A stretch of DNA of 45,804 nucleotides, filler included, from Catajapyx aquilonaris (taxonomy: Eukaryota): the NCBI GenBank assembly GCA_000934665.2. It is 2 parts of 2 records of this genome, joined end to end, with 100 filler letters (N's around TTAATTAATTAA, not from the genome) between each part and the next. Parts side by side here need not be neighbours in the genome. Positions count along the whole stretch, not along the records: positions 1 to 22,920 come from JYFJ02005811.1; positions 23,021 to 45,804 come from KZ539421.1. One strand, written 5' to 3'. The notes below the pieces were generated by a model, which was not told where the DNA came from, ran no database searches, and saw only the letters and a program-made list of their open reading frames with translations. The position numbers were made by a program, and so were the translations under genes. Shown piece after piece: positions 13,041 to 24,405 of the stretch (positions are counted from its first letter, which is position 1; each line of letters starts with the position of its first letter).

Positions 13041-13372
13041 TATTTTTTTTACGTCACCCCGTGATATGGCCAGAGGCCCTTATAGGGGGTGTGGAATACC
13101 ACCATTTTTCTTCCAACTCCGGTGCAAGGATGAAAGGACATGGGGTAAGGATAGGGATTTTTGGGGAGGGGACACAGGTGCAAGTGCAATGTGGGAAATG
13201 GGTCATGTCTCATGTGCAGTCTCCCAGAAGGCTAGGTTGCCAAGACGCCTTCTTAGGCGCGGGCAGAGATCCACTGACGCAGGCGGAAGGGAAATCCCGG
13301 GCGGGGATCGAACCCGGGACCTTCCGCTCAGCAAGCCGAGACGTTACCATCTCGGCCACCGCGCCTTCCCCC
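13041..13372 (-). mobile_element. tRNA-derived SINE family B, full-length copy
   Basis: Minus strand reads GGGGAAGGCGCGGTGGCCGAGATGGTAACG (A box)...GGTTCGATCCC (B box)...GTGACGTAAAAAAAA tail. TSD TAAATACC at 13033-13040 and 13373-13380. Confidence 0.85.
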
Positions 13373-14197
13373 TAAATACCCAATTTTCAGACACCTATGA
13401 TCAATAGGTTAAGAGTTATACCAAGGTCAAAATTGAAGAAAACTTATCCAAAACATGAACTCAAAAATCGCATCATATCTCGGTAAGTACTTACTCTACC
13501 GCGACTTTTCCCATGTCGATAGATTCGCAATAGTAGCTATGGAGGAGACGATGGATGCATCAAACGAATTTTTCAGTGCGGGAAAATCGACATTTTCGCG
13601 AGGTCAAGTTTTGTTGCCCATGTCCGTCAGTCGAAATGCTGCTTGAGAATAAACACACTGATACCCACACCTCTGTTGTATACACCGGTATAAGTTTAAT
13701 TTTAGTCTGAAAATGTCTTCTGGGCGAAAAAAAAATCCAGACTACTACCGTGTCATTGAAATCTTCAATGGCGGTAAGGTCGAGATTGCATGCCGAGTCT
13801 CTGGCAATCTCGACCTTATTGATTAGCGGATGGGTATTTTTTCAGGGTTAATTGAGTGACTAGGAAACCCCTCGAGCAAGGAAAATTTAAAATTTACACA
13901 ATGAGAATGTATGTGGTGCAGCCTATACTGGAGATATTGTAAATTATTTATGGTTATGTGAAGTCACACATACAGGCACAGTCCTTGGTCACAATATTTT
14001 CTGGTCCAAGATGTGGTTTCCTATTTTTCTATTCTTCCTCGGCCTACTTATCAGTGGCCACCTACCCAAGAAGTCCCAGACCCGGATCTGTTGCCGTTTA
14101 CAATTAGTTATTCCAACCCTTCTATATTTGGAGTTCCAGGCAAAGCATTACTCCGGAAAAGAGATTATACTTGGAAGGCCGAGAGTGGGAATCACGG

Positions 14198-14227
14198 CCG
14201 CTTGAAGAGTTGCAACTCTTCAAGCGG
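14198..14227. repeat. Perfect 30-bp loopless palindrome
   Basis: CCGCTTGAAGAGTTG|CAACTCTTCAAGCGG. Confidence 0.9.
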
Positions 14228-15712
14228 TGGTGGGAATCCTCTCGACAAGATTCCGAGAGGGGTGTAATCCTATCGACATTATTCCGTTTCGACACTCCCC
14301 TCCTCCCCCCCCCCCCCTTTCCCACCTTTCCTCCCGCCCCCTTTTTTCACTCACCAGACCCCTCGGCCCTCATCTGGAAGGCAGCACTTCAGTCCAAGGT
14401 CCAAGCCGTAATGCCGTAAGCCGTATTGTCCGGGTGGTTAGTATCGGCTGTGGTCCCCGCCGAATACAATATCTTTTTAAAAAAAGTGTTCCGGAGACAA
14501 GCACTCCGGCTGCCGCGGGGTCCGGCGGCTTCCCAACAGAGGACTATCAGCAGCTTAGGAAGCAACAGTAGGTCATCAGGGTCTTGGCCTTTGAGTGCGG
14601 CTGTGGCTCTTCTGCAGCATCCGCATCACCATCAATTGGGATTGCTGTTGGCGCATCACCAACAGCATATGCCTGCAGGTATGTTCACACACTAGTTGTT
14701 GCTCTTTAACAACTAGTGTGTTTTTATCGTTATGGTGTCCGCGGGAATCTTTTTCCCCGGCATTCTTTTTACGTGTTATATAGTAACGGAACTTATCGAA
14801 AGCTTCTCCCCTCTTGAAGATTACGCATTTTTTTCCTCTTCAATTTCTATACACCGTAGCATTATAATAATGCTCTTATTTACTCTCAAATCCACGCCGC
14901 CTGAATGTCCAATGTGGCGACAACTTTTTTTGAAGGTATTGTCGTATGGAAATGTCGAAAATCGGACTTAGTTCGGTTGCTTGCAAGTTTTTTAAAGTTT
15001 TGATCACATTATTTTTCTTCGGGTCTTATGTTCGATCCTGACTCTTAATATTTTGGGGTTTTGAAAGCCGGAAGTTGTCGATTGACTTATTATTTTTTTT
15101 GTAGGCGACATAGCGAAAATCTTTACGGATGGGGAATAAATATGACGCTTAAAAATTTTTGCGATTTGTGTTCACACGGTGTCGTTTGTCGTTTTAGTGC
15201 TGGGTCGATACGTCATAAATTACACAGCGCAACAAAAAAACTTTCGGCGTGTTACTCGGAAACCACTATGCACATCATGTTAGTAGGACCCAAAGTAGCT
15301 GGGAAACGCCCCGGATTTCTCTCCCAAAATGTGCAGTGGGTCAGGGTGACCAAAAATCCGAAAAATTCAAAATATTGACGTTTTTTGGCCTATTTCCAGG
15401 TCTGGCAACCACTGTAAGTTTCGGATTTTGTTTTTGCTGGAATTAGGTGTTACCTGGGTCTAGTCGGAAGCCACTATGGTGTTTCAAGTCAATCTTTTAT
15501 AGAAATTGTAGGTTTTCCAGGGTCCTTTTTATAGAAAAAATTCGATTTTTGGTACTTTTTCGTCAATTTTTGGGGAACAGTGTATGGACTTTTTTTTAAA
15601 AAAGTGTAGCGTAATGGGCTCTTTAGAGACCATACAATCAAGGAATAATAGTAGAACTTTCCTATGCAACCCTATAGTACGCGTGTGCAAAAGCCTAATC
15701 TTGGGTAAAATC

Positions 15713-16050
15713 GCGTTTTTCGCATTTTTGGTGATTTGACTTTTTCAACATTTAAAACCAAATATTCCTCGGCTTTAAAATAAATGAATTCTTCTTAGTC
15801 TAACAAACTGTCAGGGACCCCCATAGTATGATGGAAAAAGACTACGATTTCCATAAGCAACCCGTGTACGCGTACGCGTACAAAAAAAATACACGCGTAC
15901 ATGGGTTACTTATGGAAATCGTAGTCTTTTTCCATACTATGGGGGTCCCTGACAGTTTGTTAGACTAAGAAGAATTCATTTATTTTAAAGCCGAGGAATA
16001 TTTGGCTTTAAATGTTGAAAAAGTCAAATCACCAAAAATGCGAAAAACGC
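15713..16050. repeat. Long inverted repeat (~160-bp arms, ~20-nt loop)
   Basis: GCGTTTTTCGCATTTTTGGTGATTTGAC...GTACGCGT pairs with ACGCGTAC...GTCAAATCACCAAAAATGCGAAAAACGC with only a few differences. Confidence 0.9.
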
Positions 16051-16238
16051 TCTGGACAAGGCCTCCTGGTTGATCAGGGTCTGACCACTCCTTGTTGTTG
16101 GAGAGACCAGATCGGCCATGTCCACACTGCACGGGTTGGAATGGTTGGACACGAGGGCCTCACTCCTTCTTCTTCTTGTTCCCACAGGACTAGCTGGGGT
16201 GGTCCTGAAGGAAGAGGCGGTGGACACTGCAGAAGGAG

Positions 16239-17504
16239 ATGGGAGACCAGGAGGAGGAGGGACAGCAGCAGGTGAGGACACGCGGGTCTTGGTTAATGGT
16301 GGGACAGAATTACCCTTTTCTATCCTTTTGCAGGCGGAGGGCAGGCCACTCTTGCCTGACGAGGTCACGCTGAAGGTCTTCTCCTACCTGACGAAAGGGG
16401 AGCTCGTGAAGAGTGCAGCACCAGTCTGCATGCAGTGGAGGAGGCTGTCCTATACGACAAAGAACTCTGGAGGGAGGTCAGGCTGCATGGGAGCGATTTC
16501 CAGGACGTTGAGAAAGATGGGAGAGTGACAGTCAGCAAAGTACAGCAGTTGGCGAGGCAGCTGGAGCTTCAAAGGGGACGGATGGTCCACGTCAAGAGGC
16601 TGGATTTGGCTAATTGGACGTTCGAACCAGAGGATGATCAGATCGTAGATGTGATTCACGCTGTGGCTCCAGGCGTGGTGTCTCTGCATCTGACGTTTAT
16701 GTACATCAGGAGAGAAGAAACAGTCAAACGGCTGATCCAGATGTACAGCAGGCAACTGGAGCGCATCTCTATTGACATGTGTAAGTTTTGGACTGGCAAT
16801 GTCGGCATCTTGGACATCATGTGTGATGCTCCTCACCTGACCAGTTTGTGCCTGTTTGGCAGCGAAATAAGTCAAAGGCGGGCCAATCCAGGAATAATTC
16901 AGCACAATTGGCCAAACCTGAATGAGGTTGACATCTTTGATTCAGAATATGAAGAAGAAGATCTCCGTCTGCTGTCCTCAGTTGCTGGCCAGCAAATCAA
17001 GAGGCTGAACCTTGACTCCTTGAGGTCTTTGAGACATTGCAGACCCTGGCTCAATTTTCCCAGGTGGAAGATCTCGAGGTACTATTCTCAGACATGTTCC
17101 CAGGCCCCAGAACCCCGCTTGACGGACTCGGTTCCCTTGAAAACCTCCGCCACCTGACACTTACATGGCCGGACTTCCTGAACCCGTCCGTCACCACTAA
17201 ATTGTACTCCTGGCCAAACATGATTAGAGGGCTAGAATCATTCAGTCTTTTTGACCCTGACGACTTTGACGATGAATGCCTGAGGTCAATGGGGAGATGC
17301 ACCTCTTTGTCCAAGCTGAGCTTTAGTGGTTGCCCTGAAATCACCCATGATGGCCTCCATGATTTGATCAAAGTGCTCCCCAACCTCAAGTCTGTTCGAG
17401 TAGCTAATTGTGAACAAGTTGACAGGAGCCTGGCCATTATTGCTCAGTTCAAAAGGTCTTGTCCTGACGTGGCCTTGACTATAATTCACCATTTGCCAGT
17501 TTGA
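16239..17504 (+). pseudogene. F-box/leucine-rich-repeat (FBXL-like) gene with two frameshifts (pseudogene or assembly errors)
   Basis: Exon 16239-16271 (MGDQEEEGQQQ|gtgagg), 62-nt intron, exon from 16334. F-box LLPDEVTLKVFSYLTKGELVKSAAPVCMQWRRLSY-DKELWREVRL, then LRRs (LTSLCLFG, IKRLNL, LENLRHLTL, LSKLSFSGCPEITHDGL, LKSVRVANCEQV); stop at 17504. Frame breaks at ~16451-16455 (TATAC for TAC) and ~17028-17032. AATAAA at 17552. Confidence 0.8.
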
Positions 17505-17956
17505 CTGTGGGCAATTGGTAAGACCCATGCAATGTATGAGCTTGCAACTTGAATAAAAGGATGGGAAATAAATTGAGGGAATTCTTCTTGGAAATGGTGA
17601 CATGCAATTGTTTTCACAGCTTCCAATATGACATCCATGTGATTTGCAAGCGAGTAAGCATCCCTCATCAGCTGCTGAAGAATGCTTCCTCCTTCTAATC
17701 AGCCTTTCCACTGCGGGCATTTGTTTCAACTAGCTATTTACGAGCACATTTCGCAGCTGCTGCAGACTTGGGGGTTTTGACACTACTTACTTTATAACAT
17801 GTCCTGTCCTAGTAAAATAAAAAATGAAAATAAAATATTTAAAATGGCTTTTTTTGAGAAAATAATTTTTTGAAATATGCATGATTTCCCTTGTTGCCAT
17901 ATTTTCACCTCGCACCACCCCGCAGCACCACTCCGCCTCCTCGTATCATTAAGAAG

Positions 17957-18668
17957 TTGAGTACTATGTCCACACACGCATTCGCGCAACCCAGTCACTT
18001 TGGCACAATGCACAAGATACCGGCACGGAAGCACCAAGCACAGTAAAATAACAACTCTACTATGCACACAGCTGAAGTAGAGCTATGCAGAGCCATGACA
18101 GCTTTGGATGCCTCTGCAATGCAACTGGTCAAAATAGGCAGTAAAACTGCAGAAAACTATTCTTCCTCTGGGTGAGACATTAAAAGTAAGAAACAAGCCC
18201 ATAGGTGGGGGTTGGTTCGTGTCATAGGGATGTGTGATAATCAAATTTATTTCAAAACATTCGTGCTTTGGGGCTGGGAAGAATTAGGCAGATATCGCTT
18301 TTATGTACTCCTCCGACTCTCCTACTCTGCCTAATTCTTCCCAGCCCCAAAGCACGAATGTTTTGAATTAAATTTGATTATCACACATCCCTATGACACG
18401 AACCAACCCCCACCTATGGACTTGTTTCTTACTTTTAATGTCTCACCCAGAGGAAGAATAGTTTTCTGCAGTTTTACTGCCTATTTTGACCAGTTGCATT
18501 GCAGAGGCATCCAAAGCTGGCATGGCTCTGCATAGCTCTACTTCAGCTGTGTGCATAGTAGATAGAGTTGCTATTTTACTGTGCTTGGTGCTTCCGTGCC
18601 GGTATCTTGTGCATTGTGCCAAAGTGACAGGGTTGCGCGAATGCGTGTGTGGACATTTTAGTACTCAA
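17957..18668. repeat. Long inverted repeat (~335-bp arms, 33-nt loop)
   Basis: 17957-18292 is the reverse complement of 18326-18668 apart from a few substitutions and small indels. Confidence 0.95.
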
Positions 18669-19421
18669 TGGTCAATACCAGAACTACAGGGTGCCCAAAT
18701 GAACGTCCCCAGTTTCAAAAAGCAGTAAAAAATAGACACGGGGAGGGATTTAAGGTTTTGGTTGAACAGTGTGGACACACAACAAGTTTCATCCTGAATT
18801 TTGGGAACAGCCTATGTGATGTGGTGGTGCTCCTGTGGGGGATGCTGTCGAAAGATGCAAACATAGCATCTACGGCAGAGTAATGTTCAGCAGTGGCGTA
18901 CCAAGGGCATTTGGTGCCCGGGGCGGACGTAACAATAATATTTGTCACCCCCGCCCCCAACCTGTGTACCCCTCTCCGCTCTCCCCCATCGGGTTGGAAT
19001 GGGGGGGGGGGGGGGGGGGGTTNTCCAACTATGTTCAAAGTGATATTCACCCAAAATTTTGGTTCGGGCCAGATTCGGCGGATCCCTCGAGAGCGGGTGC
19101 CCCCCAAAAAATAGGTGCGGTTTAAATATATTTTCCGGTTCTAAACTGGGGTTGGCTTTATCGCGGTGTGGAGACCGAAATTGAAACCAAGTGTTATCTT
19201 CAGAGGGGGTTTCCCCCCCCCCCCCCCCCCCCCCATCTCGCGCATATTCCAGCATTCGAATCGATCTTCATTTGTTTCGTGTTTCTTAATCCCTAATATC
19301 AACTGCTGTTACATTTCCGATTTCTGATTTCAACAACTGGTTGCTATATCCACGGCTACAATATACGCAGCGAAGGCCGAATTTGTCAATAAAGGCCGGT
19401 ATCCACGTACGAGATTCTCGC

Positions 19422-20043
19422 TAGGGGGCGGATAGTTATGTTTTTACATAGTTTTTTCCTCTGTACGCACGAGGGCGTGATTTGTACGAAAATCCGAATC
19501 ATGGGAATCATGACATCAGGAATCCAAAAAACTGGGTCTTATATTGCATATAAAAGAATATTTCGAACATTACGACATATTTTGGCTTTAGCGACATTAA
19601 TCTTGTCATCCACCTTTTTTTTGTATTTTTTAAAATTACGTTGCAAACCTTGGGACAATAGCTTACCTTTTTAAAACGCACCAATAACTACATGGGATGT
19701 GGAGCGGTCATTTTCAATACTAAGGGCCACTCTGAGTGAGACAAGGCAGCGATTAACTGCATCCAATTTGGAAAAAATTATTGTCTCATTGTTACTTCAA
19801 TAGTGAAACTGAAGACAAGTAATGAAATGATGAAGTTCTGTAAGAAATAAACCTCGTGTGTGAGATAAAGTCTCAAGTCCATGGCACATAATTTGCATGT
19901 ACTTATTTTTCAGGGTAACTCAAGAATAAATCGCGAATTAAATGCAGGTTTTAGAGAATATTTGAGAGAATATTTCGCTATTTTTGGGGGAATATTTGCA
20001 TGCATATTTCGAAATTTTTAAGAGCATAACTATCCGCCCCCTA
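19422..20043 (+). mobile_element. Internally deleted hAT transposon with dimerization-domain remnant
   Basis: TIR TAGGGGGCGGATAGTTATG / CATAACTATCCGCCCCCTA. 8-bp TSD ATTCTCGC (19414-19421, 20044-20051). ~19675-19795 translates NAPITTWDVERSFSILRATLSETRQRLTASNLEKII, the hAT C-terminal ERxFS motif. Confidence 0.85.
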
Positions 20044-20454
20044 ATTCTCGCATACGAGGAGTCGCGAGGCGAGGTAAAAAGTTGATCACCGTGTATATGC
20101 ATGTGCTTACAACATATTTTGCTCACTTCTGCATCTGCTGTTACAGATATGAAACTCCTGTGCTTTGCCATCCTGGAGACAAAATGTCGAATAAATTATA
20201 AATTAAAGTCATTGAAAACATCTTCAACTGACACTACTTTTGTAATCATGTGTTAGTGACATTGTAGAATTTATTGATTTGTCCCCTTCATTAACCCTTT
20301 GCGTGGCCTGACCATCTACCAGAGGCTTCATTTTGTAGGTCATATGAGGAGGACAGGTGTAACCTGGACTCCGCTGGGATTTATGCCTTGAAGTAGATGA
20401 TGATGACGATGACATTGTAGAATAAATATTACTTACCATTATATTCCACACCAC

Positions 20455-20794
20455 GGGAGGGGTAACGTCTCGGCTTGCTGAGTGAAAGGCCCCAGGTACG
20501 ATCCCTGCCTGGGGAGTTTTCCTTTCATCTGCGTCAGGAGGTTCTCTGACCTGCACCAAGGAGGTGTCTGGCAACCTAGCCTCCTGGGGAACAGCACATG
20601 ACCCCTTTATAGACCTTGCACTTGCACCCCATGTTCCCTCCTCAAAAATCCCTATCATGACCCATGTCCCTGTCTCCTTGCACCGGTGAGCGAAGAAAAC
20701 CAGTACACAGTTACTAGAAACTTGATGGTGGTGTGCCACCCATCTAAAAAGGCTCTGCCTTATCACGGGGGAACATAAAAAAATAAAAATAAAA
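20455..20794 (+). mobile_element. SINE family B copy
   Basis: GGTAACGTCTCGGCTTGCTGAG... homologous to 13041-13372, with an A-rich tail. TSD TCCACACCAC at 20445-20454 and 20795-20804. Confidence 0.85.
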
Positions 20795-20900
20795 TCCACA
20801 CCACTTGCCAATGGGAGTCCCAAGAACTGACCCAAACTAGTCCAGAGCAGCCAACCAGTCCCAAAAAGATCGGGGAAATTGCAAGGTAGCTCCTCTAGTC

Positions 20901-21183
20901 CAGAGGTTCGCAAACTGTGCTCCGCGAAGAGGTTGAGAAAAAAAGGAATTCATCAATAAAGCTATACCCATTCGAATCTCTCAGTAGCTTGTGTGACCTT
21001 GAACCAAAAAAAAAAAGGCCCTTTCGCCCCCTCGCCTCCCCATTTACTTATATTTGGCGCTGCCCCCCCACCCCCTCTGCCCCAGAATTTTTTCCTGCCT
21101 ACGTGGCTCGATGATGTCAGTGCTCCGTCACGAATCTCTCTCCTGATAAGTGCTCCGCGACTCAAAAAGTTTGGGAACCTCTG
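20901..21183. mobile_element. hAT (Charlie-type) MITE
   Basis: TIR CAGAGGTTCGCAAACT / AGTTTGGGAACCTCTG. 8-bp TSD CTCTAGTC (20893-20900, 21184-21191). Confidence 0.85.
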
Positions 21184-21435
21184 CTCTAGTCCCACAGGAA
21201 CATTAATACAATCAAAACACAACGCATGATATTTTATTCCTGATTGTAAAACACCGCACGTCATTTTTTATCCGAACCAAATGTAACTGGCCCACAGTAC
21301 ATGATAAAATGCCATTCCTTTTACACATGTTTTCTCTAATACTGATCAGTACTTAGCAGGACACAATCCTTTCTGAATAAATATAATAAATGAAGAAAAT
21401 GAAGAACATGTAAAAAAAACTTGGAAAGAGTAGGA

Positions 21436-22402
21436 TTAACGCCCTGCTTCATATCCTGGAAGTAACTTCCGCAATGCTGCTGAGAGGGCTTCATTCACTT
21501 CTGCCTTGTATTTCTTCCCCAATTCAAACCGACAGGATGGGCAAGTGAATACTTCTGCTTTGAAGGATCGTTTCAGGCAACTCTGAAAATAATTCACGGA
21601 TGAAATGTTGCATGAGAGGCGTGGTGTTGCCAGTACAAATGACGAGGCCAAGTCAAAAATGAAAAGTGACCAGTGACATAGGAAATGTCTTTCACTAACC
21701 TTGCAGATGTTGTGTTTGCAATTTGTGGTGACTGGTTTGTACACCACGTTGAGGCAGCAAATGCAGCGGAAAGCTTCTTCCACCTTATCCAAGAATTTCA
21801 TCTTGCCTTCATGTGCTGCTGCCTTACATTCATCCCAGAAAGTGGTGTTGGCAGCATCCTTTTCAATCAGGGTCACAACCTCCTCCTCCAGTTTGTAGGG
21901 CATTGTTTTGACCTTTTTTGGGCTTGCCTCCACACCTGATGCCCGCGTTGGTGATCTGGTCCTCTTGCCCCTTCCCTCTCCTTTGGGTGAGGACTTCGCA
22001 CTTGACTCACATTCTTTGTTGCTCTTCTCTTGTGCCTCCTGGTAACCATCAGGACACTAGACACAAAGAGAAAGCACAGTTTTTAAGGCTACTTCTGTTT
22101 GCCTGTAATGAAGTGGTCCATTCAGTATTCAGCCTTCCAAGTTATTCAATAATGTTACTTTTTATTATTGCTGTTATGGTGGCTGTCACATACCCCCAAA
22201 AAACTTGCTGAAAATAATTATATGGAAGCAAGGAAAATGACTCACAATCATTTTGAGACCCAGCTCCTTAATCCGTTTCTTCCCTTCCTTGGTCCAAGGA
22301 GCAGGCTTTGGATCGTCCCTCCGCAGAAGGTATCGCCACACCAAAAACCCAGACTTTCCTTTTCCTGACCAGTACTTTACAACCTTGTAAATTCCATCGT
22401 AT
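21436..22402 (-). CDS. UHRF1: E3 ubiquitin ligase UHRF1, last three coding exons (SRA C-terminus, basic linker, C3HC4 RING); 5' part not visible
   Basis: Exon 22402-22246: [42 protein letters not shown]...KMI. Exon 22056-21700: CPDGYQEA...[24 protein letters not shown]. Exon 21582-21436: [22 protein letters not shown]...LPGYEAGR*. All GT-AG and in phase. Minus-strand AATAAA at 21233-21238. Confidence 0.95.
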
Positions 22403-22741
22403 CTGTAACCCAAAAAGTAGACAAAGTGTAAAATACAAGTACGTATTTATATTCATTGAGGTAAATTCAGGCCCATTCAAAATATTTCCAGAGTGGCATT
22501 ACATTTCAAAGCCGATTTTAAAAAGAACGGGATTCCGTTACCTGCAGTTTGAAAATAATAAATATTAATATATATGTTACAAGTAAAAAATGTAACACAA
22601 TTTATTGTACACATTAGGCTACTGCATTCTTATAACTACCGGTATCCTATTCTATTGATAATTGCTTTTGTTGCTGCCTGAATGTGCACAAATTGTGAAT
22701 TAAATTTCACCACAGTGCAATACCAGGATTCTATTGTTATA

Positions 22742-22920
22742 CCGTATTTACGCGCATATAAGACGCACACGCGTATAAGACGCACCCCAGTTTTGAGGCG
22801 AAAAATTGTGGAAAATCCATTGTTGACTTATATAAGACGCACCCAGATTTATTGCCATAGTTTGGGAACTGGCCTCGAGCTGCCGGCAGCAATGCATGTG
22901 CGTGTGGAATCCATTAGAAT
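22742..22920 (+). mobile_element. Left end of a pogo/Tigger-like MITE in a UHRF1 intron, cut by the gap
   Basis: TA|CCGTATTTACGCGCATATAAGACGCAC with three TATAAGACGCAC motifs. Confidence 0.6.
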
Positions 22921-23020
22921 NNNNNNNNNNNNNNNNNNNNNNNNNNNNNNNNNNNNNNNNNNNNTTAATTAATTAANNNNNNNNNNNNNNNNNNNNNNNN
23001 NNNNNNNNNNNNNNNNNNNN
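22921..23020. other. 100-nt scaffold gap spacer with embedded TTAATTAATTAA
   Basis: N runs around TTAATTAATTAA (22966-22977), which places stops in all six frames. This is an artificial linker, so the true gap size is unknown. Confidence 0.9.
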
Positions 23021-23162
23021 CTGAAACTGATATCTTAAAACGGAATATGCCAAAAAAATCCAAAAATTATGGGCGAATTTATTATGTAGTTTCCAAAATG
23101 AAGGCTACTTCCCCATTCTAACCGAGGCTTGTCGTTCACATAGTAACCGAGGGTTTGTTTAA

Positions 23163-23281
23163 CCCTGTAATGCCCCTTGGGTCATATCTGGCACACCATT
23201 TAGTGCAATTTAGCACACTTACAGAAAATACCAAAATTGCAAAAGCTTCAAAAATTGCACTATAATAGTGGCATTACAGGG
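23163..23281. mobile_element. Tiny piggyBac-type MITE
   Basis: TTAA|CCCTGTAATGCC ... GGCATTACAGGG|TTAA. Confidence 0.8.
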
Positions 23282-23847
23282 TTAAGCTCGAGAAATGCTC
23301 ACACTCGGAAGGGGAGTTAAAACTGCATCCAGCGTGTAGACGCAAACCCAGTTCAAACTGACTTGAACCACTGTTCGAGAAATCGGCCCGAAGTGTGATT
23401 AAAGCAAGAAATACACAGTGGAGAGAAATTCTGCTTATTTCCACTAACCAAAATGTATTGGTTATTTAAATAATGCCACACTGTGGCTTATACTACCCCT
23501 CTTCTTGCAGGGCCAATCAAGTATGGCAAAGCTGTTATTGACCTCCTTATCAGACAGCTGTAAGTAATAAAATATAGAGACTTGAGGTACACATTTCAGT
23601 ACTACTTCAACGTTTGGTTATCTAATGGGATCACCACTGAGATACATGGACATTTTCGGACATTTTTTAGTAGCCACAACTTCAGTTAGTGAAACCAGAA
23701 TTTTTGGATGCCATGTTGAGTGATTTTAAGCACTTTGTTTTCATCCCTCTACACAGGGTGTCTAATCATCTTCAAAGGACATGCCACAATTCCTTATGGG
23801 AACTGGCTTTCGCAAAATTCTCAAAAAATTTTATGTTGTAGAAAATA

Positions 23848-24405
23848 CAGTAAAACTTCTATAAGCCGTACTTCCCTAAGTCGAAGAAAATGATGAGCTT
23901 GGTTGGTCACAATGTAAAATAATAGGAAATAAACTTCCCTAACCCGAATTTCCATAACTCGAAGTGCTGGCAGGGCCTTACGATGGGATATCAATGCATT
24001 TTCAGTCTCCCTAAGTCGAAGTTCATGTTGGCAAGTACGGAAAATTTTCTCATTTCCCAGCGGAAGGGTCGAGAGCAAGTCAAATGTACAGAAAGGCCTA
24101 ATTTCCTGATCTCCGTCTACGAGACATACGGAATGAAGTGTTTGACTCGATTGTGACAACTGAATCCTTGAATCTAAAATAGGCAAATGTCCATAATGGA
24201 GATTTTTTACACCAAACCAACGAGGAACATTGTAAGTGTGACAGTTATTTTAAAGTTTTGAAAACCTTTCATCGCTGAATATAAAGGTAGGCTTCCTTAT
24301 AGAGTTATGTGCTTTAAAAAATCCGAACTTCTCTTAACTCGAATCTTCTATAACTCGAAGTTTTTTTCCGGTCCCATGGAGATTCAACTTGTAGAAGTTT
24401 TACTA
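23848..24405 (+). mobile_element. pogo/Tigger-like MITE, complete copy
   Basis: TA|CAGTAAAACTTCTATAAG ... CTTGTAGAAGTTTTACTA|TA, with subterminal TATAACTCGAA repeats. Second copy at 9038-9480. Confidence 0.8.

Noticed and set aside
16118..16333. MSTLHGLEW... N-terminus of the F-box ORF, including an apparent hydrophobic LLLLLV stretch
   Set aside because: The stretch is a polypyrimidine tract and acceptor read in frame. The spliced model starting at ATG 16239 fits better.
20224..20913. 229-aa minus-strand ORF
   Set aside because: Runs antisense through a SINE and flanking DNA; no protein features.
22966..22977. TTAATTAATTAA island within Ns
   Set aside because: Six-frame-stop scaffold linker inside an exactly 100-nt spacer; not biological sequence.
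23497..23557. Possible further UHRF1 exon (AG...GT-bounded on the minus strand)
   Set aside because: No frame resembles the expected SRA sequence preceding RYDGIYKVV.
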